A DNA stretch of 64,000 bases from positions 6,616 to 70,615 of the forward strand of contig CAJOIB010000010.1 of the NCBI GenBank assembly GCA_905234705.1. Reading direction: 5' to 3'. A program made the translations under genes and the position numbers. Numbering within the stretch: position 1 is the first letter of the stretch; each line of letters opens with the position of its first letter. The stretch comes from an uncultured Selenomonadaceae bacterium. GTDB lineage: Bacteria; Bacillota; Negativicutes; Selenomonadales; Selenomonadaceae. Of this stretch, positions 16,297-23,664 are shown one piece after another. The notes beneath the pieces are model-generated. The model had not been told where the DNA came from. It ran no database searches and saw only the letters and a program-made list of their open reading frames with translations.

Positions 16297-19248
16297 ATGC
16301 AGAAAAATCTTACCACCGCGGAAAAAATTTCTGATTTGTTGCAGAGCCATTCAAATTTGGAAATTTCTAATCCGTACAGTTTGAAAAGCGACGAACTTGA
16401 AGCCAACGAAATTTGCTTTTACAAAATAAATCTGCTGACATTCGACGAAGAATATCCGCACCGCGAGGCGTTTGAAAATGTTTTGCAGAGCCTTGACAAT
16501 GCGGCTTTTAATTTCGTGTACATTCTCAGCGGCGACGAGCGCGGCATCGAACTTTATATCGGCGTGGTGAAAAATCACAACGAAAATCAGCCCGTCCTCG
16601 GCAAACTTTTGAACGCGGCGAATTACGGAAAAAATATCGCGGGCGCATTTGCGGGGAATTTCGGCGGCAGTTCCCTTGAAAAATTAACCGGTCAAAATTT
16701 GACAAACGCCGTGATAAATTCTGCGCGACAATTCAAAAACGCGGGCGTCATTGTCGGTATCCCGTCCGTCAACGAAACCAAGGACAGCAAATACGGTTTC
16801 CAGGGGATTGACAGGCTGATAAACAGTATGCTCGGCGCGAAATGGCGAATTGTGGTTGTTTGCGAGCCGGTGAATAAATCTGAAATTGCGAAAATCCGCA
16901 GCGAAGTTTACAATCTTTACAATGAATTAGCGCCGCTCGCCCGTCAATCCGTTCAAAAATCTACCAGCAGTAATCAGACGCTGAGCCGCGGCACAAACGA
17001 ATCTACCACTAAGGGCACGAATTATTCTGACAGCGAAAGTTCGTCCGATTCGCACGGCAAACAAAATGATAATTCAAATTCGAGCCACTCCGACCAGACA
17101 AGCAAATCTTACGGCGAAAGTACGACAAAAACCACCGGCAGCAATGAAAGTACCGGCGTCAGTTCCGGCAGTTCGAGCGCGGTTACTTTGGAAATTGCGA
17201 ATAAGCAGGCGGCGGAAATTATTGACTACATCGACAATGAACTTTTGGAGCGCGTGAAAATCGGATTCAGCCGCGGCTTTTTCAAAACTTCGATTTATTA
17301 TATGGGCGAAAAGCCGATTGACGCCGAGCGCCTCAAAGTTGGAATTATTTCGTTGTTTCAAGGCAGCGGCTCATCGTATAGTCCGTTGCGCGCGTATCCG
17401 CTGAATGTCGAGCGCGATTTTAAAATTTTAAACAGTTACCAAAGTTTTTACATCAGCAATGAAAATAATTTGCCAGAAAAATTGACGCTGGCGAGCCGCC
17501 CGCATTTTGACAGCCGCCTTGGTTTGAATACCTATTTGACGTCGGGCGAAGTCAGCCTAATCGCTGGTTTGCCGCAAAAAGAAATTCCTGGTATCACCGT
17601 GAAGGAGAGCGTCGAATTTGGTTTGAATTTTAATCAGAGCGACGGCGAGATTATTTTGGGCAATTTGATTCAGAAGGGGCGCGAATTGCCTAGCATTCCA
17701 ATGAAAATCAGCCGCGAAGTTTTGAGCAAACACGTCTTTATTGCTGGCGTGACTGGTTCGGGCAAAACTACGACCTGCCACAAAATTTTGACGGAAGCCG
17801 CGGTTAAATTTTTGGTGATTGAGCCTGCGAAAACTGAATACCGCGCGCTGATAAATTCGCCGCATTTCGGCAACGTCGTTGTCTTTACGGTGGGCGACGA
17901 ATTGACCGCGCCTTTTCGGTTGAATCCGTTTGAATTGGTGCGCGGCGAAAGTGTTTCTGCTCACGTCGATATGTTGAAGGCTACGTTTACTTCGTCTTTC
18001 CCAATGGAAGCGTCGATGCCGCAGATTTTGGAAGAGGCGATTTACAAAATTTACGAAGACAAGGGCTGGGACATTGACACAAATAAAAATTATCTGATTG
18101 AGGCGCGCGCCGATTATAAAATTGGTGATGAATTTCGCGCAGAATTTGATACTTTTCCGACGCTGACTGATTTTTTGACGGCGCTTGAAAAAATTGTTGA
18201 CGAAAAAGGATTTAGCGACCGCCTGCGCGACGATTATCGCGGCTCACTGATTAGCCGGTTTTCCAATTTGACGAAAGGCTCAAAGGGCGCGCTTTTCAAC
18301 TGTCGCCGCTCGATTGATTTTGAAAAACTGATTAATCAAAACGTCGTCATTGAAATGGAAAATTTGAAATCGGCGGAAGATAAGGCGCTGTTAATGGGAT
18401 TTATTTTAACGCGGCTGGCGGCGGTTATCAAACGGCGAAACAAATTGGATAAAAATTTCCGGCACATAACGCTGATTGAAGAGGCGCACCGGCTTTTATC
18501 GAAAGTTGAATTAGGCGACGGCGGCTCAAAGCGGACGGCGGTTGAAACTTTCACAGATTTACTCGCGGAGATTCGCAAGTACGGCGAAAGTCTGATAATC
18601 GTTGACCAGATACCGAATAAACTTGCGCCCGAAGTTTTGAAAAATACCAACACGAAAATAATTCACCGGCTTTTTGCGCGCGACGACAAAGAAGCGGTTG
18701 GTGATACGATGCTGATGGACGACAAGCAGAAAGAATATTTATCGGCGCTGGAAACTGGGCAGGCGATTATTTTTAGTGAAGGAATGCGCCGCCCCGCGCA
18801 CGTCAAGATTCAGAGCGTGACGGATACCGGCGACAGCGTTGTTGACAATGACGCCGTTAAATCGCAGTTTGTCAAAAATTTTGGCGCGTGGTATTGCGAT
18901 TTGGAAATTTCGCGCAGGTTTAATCGGGCGGTTTATGATTTGCTGAAAAAAATTGCGGTTGAATATCTCGACAAAAATTCATTGGAAATTGAAACTTTAA
19001 ATGCTGTGGCGAAAATTCGCTCGGCTGTGAAAAATTTCTGCGCGACTTTCGATTTTGAAGAAATTGCGGCGGCTGACGTTACGAAATATCTTGCGGAAGA
19101 ATTTACAAGACTCAAAGCAGGTGATAAAATTTTTGAACGGCGGCTTGAGAATTTTCTGAATTTGCTGATTGGCGATTTTACTTTGGAAAAAATTTCGGGT
19201 GACAGGGAAAATTTGAAGTTGCTGATAAATATTAAACGAGAATTTTAA
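16297..19248 (+). CDS. Large HerA/FtsK-superfamily (DUF87-like) ATPase with an unknown N-terminal domain and a Ser/Thr-rich linker
   Basis: 983 aa. Walker A is IAGVTGSGKTTT (about nt 17744-17776). Walker B/sensor is HITLIEEAHRLL (about nt 18463-18492). The HerA-type C-terminal block is LAEIRKYGESLIIVDQIPNKLAPEVLKNTNTKIIHRLFARDD. Residues ~215-300 are low-complexity Ser/Thr/Asn (GTNESTTKGTNYSDSESSSDSHGKQNDNSNSSHSDQTSKSYGESTTKTTGSNESTGVSSGSSS). Confidence 0.7.
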   Translation: MQKNLTTAEKISDLLQSHSNLEISNPYSLKSDELEANEICFYKINLLTFDEEYPHREAFENVLQSLDNAAFNFVYILSGDERGIELYIGVVKNHNENQPVLGKLLNAANYGKNIAGAFAGNFGGSSLEKLTGQNLTNAVINSARQFKNAGVIVGIPSVNETKDSKYGFQGIDRLINSMLGAKWRIVVVCEPVNKSEIAKIRSEVYNLYNELAPLARQSVQKSTSSNQTLSRGTNESTTKGTNYSDSESSSDSHGKQNDNSNSSHSDQTSKSYGESTTKTTGSNESTGVSSGSSSAVTLEIANKQAAEIIDYIDNELLERVKIGFSRGFFKTSIYYMGEKPIDAERLKVGIISLFQGSGSSYSPLRAYPLNVERDFKILNSYQSFYISNENNLPEKLTLASRPHFDSRLGLNTYLTSGEVSLIAGLPQKEIPGITVKESVEFGLNFNQSDGEIILGNLIQKGRELPSIPMKISREVLSKHVFIAGVTGSGKTTTCHKILTEAAVKFLVIEPAKTEYRALINSPHFGNVVVFTVGDELTAPFRLNPFELVRGESVSAHVDMLKATFTSSFPMEASMPQILEEAIYKIYEDKGWDIDTNKNYLIEARADYKIGDEFRAEFDTFPTLTDFLTALEKIVDEKGFSDRLRDDYRGSLISRFSNLTKGSKGALFNCRRSIDFEKLINQNVVIEMENLKSAEDKALLMGFILTRLAAVIKRRNKLDKNFRHITLIEEAHRLLSKVELGDGGSKRTAVETFTDLLAEIRKYGESLIIVDQIPNKLAPEVLKNTNTKIIHRLFARDDKEAVGDTMLMDDKQKEYLSALETGQAIIFSEGMRRPAHVKIQSVTDTGDSVVDNDAVKSQFVKNFGAWYCDLEISRRFNRAVYDLLKKIAVEYLDKNSLEIETLNAVAKIRSAVKNFCATFDFEEIAAADVTKYLAEEFTRLKAGDKIFERRLENFLNLLIGDFTLEKISGDRENLKLLINIKREF

Positions 19249-19264
19249 TTTAGGGGGAAGCTTT

Positions 19265-19900
19265 ATGTCAATTTTTGGAGCAATTTTTTCTGGGATAAGT
19301 AGCGTGCTGAGCGTAGTGTCAAATGTATTCACGCCGATTTTGACGAAAATTCTTGGACCGGCGCTTGAGAAACTTGGGCGGGCGTTTGAGGCTTTTTTCA
19401 AAGAATTGGGGTTGATTGAGCCGGAAGAGAAAGTTGAAGAAATTGGAGACCGCGCATTGCAGGCGGAAGTCGACGAAATTCATCCGGTTAAAATTGAAAC
19501 TTTCGACAATCACGAAAAATATTTGGCGGCGCTCAAAGAATATGAGCCGAGCGCTGAAAAATCCGCGCTGATTCCGGTTGACGATAAACTTCACAAAGGG
19601 CTTGAGGTTTTAATGGGGCTGGCGATTTCGCGCTACGGGCAGTCTATGAGCGAATTTGGGCAGATTATTTTGAATAACCCCGAATTTTACAGTCAATTTG
19701 GCAGGCTGGCGGAAATTGGCAGTATCGCCCGCGATAAAACTGAAACTTTCGCCGATATCGTGAATTACATTGCGGGCAAAAGTATGAGCAGCGAAAAAAC
19801 TGACACGGCGATTGACGCGCTCGTTGACATTGAGAAAAAAGTTAATCCGGAGGCGACTGACGCTGAAATTTTGAAAACTGTTAGCGATTTGAAAAAGTGA
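19265..19900 (+). CDS. Hypothetical protein with small-residue-rich hydrophobic N-terminus
   Basis: 211 aa. The N-terminus is MSIFGAIFSGISSVLSVVSNVFTPILTKILGPAL (Gly/Ser-zipper-like), followed by an acidic helical region. A GGGGGA RBS lies 16 nt after the upstream stop. Confidence 0.6.
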   Translation: MSIFGAIFSGISSVLSVVSNVFTPILTKILGPALEKLGRAFEAFFKELGLIEPEEKVEEIGDRALQAEVDEIHPVKIETFDNHEKYLAALKEYEPSAEKSALIPVDDKLHKGLEVLMGLAISRYGQSMSEFGQIILNNPEFYSQFGRLAEIGSIARDKTETFADIVNYIAGKSMSSEKTDTAIDALVDIEKKVNPEATDAEILKTVSDLKK

Positions 19901-20373
19901 GGCGATTGATTTTGTTGCAATATTTTTTAGTTATCTGCAAAAATCGGTTTTACGTTTACCGAACTGACGGCGCGCCGGAATATTTTGGTGGCAATGATTA
20001 TTTTGAATATGAGCAGAGCAAGATTCGCGAGGCGGCGGCTCAACTTGTCGAGGAAATTTTGAGCAACAACAATCTTGCCGACAGAAACGAATTACAATTT
20101 GCGCTGATTGAGAATAGCGACGCCGTGCGCAATGAGATTGTGCTGAAGGAACTGAAGAATTTGGTAGTTCAGCGTTACGCGGTGAATGATTTAGTTTACG
20201 CGGCGATGGTTGATTTGGCTAAAAATCCTGCGCTGTACATTCGCGAATTGGGCGTAAATTATGACGGCGAAAGTCACCATTTGGACGCGAATAATCCGAT
20301 GTGGCGGGGCGCTTATAGTTTGCTGGCGTTGACGATTGAGCCGATTGAATTGTTAAAGCGCGTGGGGAGGTAG
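19897..20373 (+). CDS. Hypothetical protein
   Basis: 158-aa ORF. Its GTG start overlaps the upstream stop (GTGA). No family recognised. The start codon is uncertain. Confidence 0.5.
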   Translation: MRRLILLQYFLVICKNRFYVYRTDGAPEYFGGNDYFEYEQSKIREAAAQLVEEILSNNNLADRNELQFALIENSDAVRNEIVLKELKNLVVQRYAVNDLVYAAMVDLAKNPALYIRELGVNYDGESHHLDANNPMWRGAYSLLALTIEPIELLKRVGR

Positions 20374-20377
20374 TTTT

Positions 20378-21922
20378 ATGGAAAAGATTATTTGTGGCAA
20401 ATGTCACGCCGAGAATAATGCAAAGCGGCATTTCTGCGCGAAGTGCGGGGCTTTTCTGCACACGGATTTTGACGCGAAAGTTTATGCGTTGCCGGAAGTT
20501 AAAATGATGCGCGTTGTGGAAAATTTATTGCGAGTTCCGCACCAGCCAATAAATTGGGACGACGTGACGGACGCTTACACGGCGAAGGCTGAAAAATGGC
20601 AGGCGCTGTTCAATGTCCCTGGAATGGGCGCGGAAACAAATTCTGCGGTTGTCGAGAAGATTGAAGATTTTTTGAATCTGTGCCGCAATGCCGATTTTCA
20701 AATTGCGTTCGTCGGTACGATTAAAACGGGCAAATCGACGCTGATAAATGCGCTGTTAGGCAAAGAATACGCGTCAATGGACGTGACGCCGGAAACCGCC
20801 GCTTTGACGAAATTTCGTGCCAGCCCGCGCGATTATGTTGACGTGACTTTTTACACGCAAAAGGAATGGGACAACCTTTGGGCTTCGCGCTCCAAGGACG
20901 CAACCGATTTTATGAAGGAATACGAATTGCTTGACGGCGATTCGCAAAAATCTAAATGGATTAATCAGCCGCAGCGCCATATCGAAATGGCTAACGAAGA
21001 TATTCAGCAGGAATTAAAAATTTGGTCGAGTTCACAGCGGGTGGAACATTATTTCGTCAAGGAAATTGAAGTTGGAATTTCGACGTTGCCGCGGGATTTT
21101 CCGGCGCAGGTTGTATTCGTCGACACGCCAGGATTATCAGATCCGGTTGCATATCGTTCGGAGCTGACGAAAAATTATATCCGGCGGGCAAATGCGGTTT
21201 TCGTTTGCGTCGAGGCGCAGAAAATGATGTTCGAGGAAATGAACACAATCCAATCGGTAATGTCGCTGTCTTCGCACGACAAGAGCAAAGTTTTTGTCAT
21301 AGCCACGCACTGGGACACATTGCACGACCCAGAAACGGATTGGGCAAAGCAGAAAAATTTTTACATTCGGCGCTTAACCGGACCGGCTTTTTATGACAAT
21401 CAGCAAATGGCGGCGGATAATATTTTGTATTCGGCGGCGTACATTTATAATCTGTGCAAAAATTTTCACGCGCTCGACCCGAATAACAGGGCTGATAAGC
21501 GGCAGATTCGCACGCTTGAAGATTTCGGCGATTATTTTGACTGCGCGCCCGACGATTTGCGGACGATTGGCGAAAAGACTAACATTGTGGCGATTAGGAA
21601 AATTATTCGCGACCGGCTCGCGGCGAATTATAAAAAATTTTTGGCGGGCGATATTAAGCGGAAATTTATGGACGTGAATTTTAATCTGAATCGCGTTGCC
21701 AGCGAAAATAAAGCGAGTATGATTGAGCGCTTAACGGCGTCCTATGCTGACGAACAAGAATTAGCCGCGAAATTGGATGAACAGCGCAAAAAATGCGATA
21801 ACGTCCGGCAAGTTTCCGACCAGCTTAACGAAATTATGAAGAAGGTTAAGCACAAGACTAAAACGCGCGCCGATGTTATTTGCGGGAAATTGCGGCTGAA
21901 ATTGAGCGAGTCGAAAAAATGA
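20378..21922 (+). CDS. Dynamin-like GTPase with N-terminal zinc ribbon
   Basis: Zinc ribbon is [20 protein letters not shown]1 is [16 protein letters not shown] (about nt 20714). G2-region Thr is [10 protein letters not shown]3 is [10 protein letters not shown] (about nt 21121). G4-like is VIATHWD. The C-terminal tail is helical and charged. Confidence 0.75.
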   Translation: MEKIICGKCHAENNAKRHFCAKCGAFLHTDFDAKVYALPEVKMMRVVENLLRVPHQPINWDDVTDAYTAKAEKWQALFNVPGMGAETNSAVVEKIEDFLNLCRNADFQIAFVGTIKTGKSTLINALLGKEYASMDVTPETAALTKFRASPRDYVDVTFYTQKEWDNLWASRSKDATDFMKEYELLDGDSQKSKWINQPQRHIEMANEDIQQELKIWSSSQRVEHYFVKEIEVGISTLPRDFPAQVVFVDTPGLSDPVAYRSELTKNYIRRANAVFVCVEAQKMMFEEMNTIQSVMSLSSHDKSKVFVIATHWDTLHDPETDWAKQKNFYIRRLTGPAFYDNQQMAADNILYSAAYIYNLCKNFHALDPNNRADKRQIRTLEDFGDYFDCAPDDLRTIGEKTNIVAIRKIIRDRLAANYKKFLAGDIKRKFMDVNFNLNRVASENKASMIERLTASYADEQELAAKLDEQRKKCDNVRQVSDQLNEIMKKVKHKTKTRADVICGKLRLKLSESKK

Positions 21923-22863
21923 GCGCGGCTATAACTTTGCAGGAAATTTCTGCTAAATTGGATTATGGGCTGATAGGCGACGGCGCTTTGAAAGTTTCAG
22001 CGTTTAAATTTGCCGCGGAAGCTGATGAAAATTCTTTAGCGGTAGTACTCAGCGATAAAGAGGCGATTGACACTGCGGCGCGTGCGGTATTGACGACGCC
22101 GAGGATTTTGCCGATTGATAAAACTTTTCTGTACTGCAATTTTAAAAAGATGAGCGCGGCGATAGTTGACGTTGCGCGGCTGATGATTGACGCCGGAATT
22201 TATCCCGATTATGAAAAAAATTTTGAGCAGGTTGAAAAGCACTGCGCGATGTTCGGTAAAAATTTTGAGATTGGTGAAGGCAGTTACGTTGGCGCTTTTG
22301 CAAATATCGGCGAAAATGTTAAAATTGGCAGGAATTGTAAGATTGGCGCGGGCGTTTATATCGGCTCTGACGTTGAGATTGGCGACGGCGTGAAAATTCA
22401 TTCTGGCGCGCGGATTGGCGCTAATTGCCATTATCATTTTACGCAACACCACAAGCAGAAAAGTTTTTGCGGGATTGGGCGGGCGCTGATTGAAGATGGC
22501 GTTGAAATTGGCTACAACACGGTGATTCAGCGCGGCTCTTTGTCCGATACCGTGATTGGCGCGGGTACGATTATTGGCAATTTGGTTGAGATTGGACACG
22601 ACGTAAAAATCGGCAAAGATTGTTTGATAGTTTCGCAGGCGGGCATATGCGGCGGCGTGGAGATTGGCGAACGGGTTCAGATTTACGGGCAAGTTGGAAT
22701 TGCTGACAGGGTTAAAATTGGCAGCGACGCAACGATTATGGCGAAATCCGGCGTTACCAAAGACATTCGCGCAGGGCAAGTTGTTTCGGGAATGTTCAGC
22801 CGCAGTCATTTAGACGAATTGAAACGGCAGGCGAAATTTAGGAAACTGACTAAGGGGGAATAG
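21919..22863 (+). CDS. LpxD-like left-handed beta-helix N-acyltransferase (out of lipid A context)
   Basis: The ATG overlaps the dynamin-like stop (ATGA). It has an LpxD-type N-terminal domain ([43 protein letters not shown]), hexapeptide repeats, a conserved catalytic-His context ([10 protein letters not shown]) and an LpxD-type C-terminal helix ([17 protein letters not shown]). Confidence 0.7.
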   Translation: MSAAITLQEISAKLDYGLIGDGALKVSAFKFAAEADENSLAVVLSDKEAIDTAARAVLTTPRILPIDKTFLYCNFKKMSAAIVDVARLMIDAGIYPDYEKNFEQVEKHCAMFGKNFEIGEGSYVGAFANIGENVKIGRNCKIGAGVYIGSDVEIGDGVKIHSGARIGANCHYHFTQHHKQKSFCGIGRALIEDGVEIGYNTVIQRGSLSDTVIGAGTIIGNLVEIGHDVKIGKDCLIVSQAGICGGVEIGERVQIYGQVGIADRVKIGSDATIMAKSGVTKDIRAGQVVSGMFSRSHLDELKRQAKFRKLTKGE

Positions 22864-22866
22864 ACT

Positions 22867-23658
22867 ATGGGCGGAGGCGGTGGCTGCGGAGATATTTGTT
22901 GCATTACGCATTGCGGCTTTTGCTGTGTTTTTAAATGCAGTGACTGCGGCGATTGTTGCGTGGGTCATTGTAGCGGAGATTGTGGCGGTACTCGTGTTTC
23001 CAGTGGCGGTGGCGGTTGTTCTGATTATCAAGAAGATCCGCAAACTCGGCACGCGGAGATTATTGCTAACGAATTGGCGGAAATGAAGAAGCGCTCGACT
23101 GAGGACGCCAAACGCGAAGAGGACGCCATTCTCAAAGACATTAACGAAACCATGGACGAATTTATTGATTGGCTCAAAAAAATTAACAGCGAACCGTACG
23201 GCGGGCGCAGTCTGAATATTAATATCACGAAAATTAATGAGCTCAATGAAGAATTGCGAAACGCGGTTATCGGCTCAATCGGCAAACATTTGGATTCTAA
23301 GCTGGTTATGACTGACGAAAACGTCAAGCTGATTCTTTCCGATATGAATGATAAGACGCGCAAGAAAAAATTTGACGAGTTTTATCGGCAAACTCTGCGC
23401 GACGCTATTAGGAATTTGATTAAAATTATTGAAGATTCCGTTCAAAAACAATCTGAGAGTATCGAGCGCGAAATTCAAAATCGCATTAATGAAGTCCAGC
23501 AAAGTATGTCCGAAGAGGCGGGCGCGTTTGAGGAACTTCAGCAGATTAAACAGCAGAAAAATTTAGGTATGGCGGAAAAACGCGTTGAATATATGTACTA
23601 CGAAAATCTGTGCGATATTATGTTCGACCAGCTGAAACTTTCCGGCATTAAAAGGTGA
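22867..23658 (+). CDS. Cysteine-string / coiled-coil protein
   Basis: 263 aa. The N-terminus is MGGGGGCGDICCITHCGFCCVFKCSDCGDCCVGHCSGDCGGTRVSSGGGGCSDY, with 13 Cys in 51 residues. The remaining ~200 aa are charged heptad-like helices. An AAGGGGG RBS lies 8 nt upstream. Confidence 0.7.
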   Translation: MGGGGGCGDICCITHCGFCCVFKCSDCGDCCVGHCSGDCGGTRVSSGGGGCSDYQEDPQTRHAEIIANELAEMKKRSTEDAKREEDAILKDINETMDEFIDWLKKINSEPYGGRSLNINITKINELNEELRNAVIGSIGKHLDSKLVMTDENVKLILSDMNDKTRKKKFDEFYRQTLRDAIRNLIKIIEDSVQKQSESIEREIQNRINEVQQSMSEEAGAFEELQQIKQQKNLGMAEKRVEYMYYENLCDIMFDQLKLSGIKR

Positions 23659-23664
23659 TTCGCT

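Noticed and set aside
22036-22809. 257-aa antisense ORF opposite the LpxD-like gene.
   Set aside because: Antisense frames of hexapeptide-repeat (LbH) genes commonly stay open. Its product is low-complexity (N/A/R/F-rich) and it has no RBS. The sense strand has clear LpxD motifs and operon coupling.
21919-22863. Whether the LpxD-like gene could be annotated simply as housekeeping lpxD.
   Set aside because: Not fully rejected, but I did not assign the gene symbol. There are no lipid A neighbours, the acceptor-loop sequence is altered, and the gene is translationally coupled into the unusual operon. A whole-genome check is needed.
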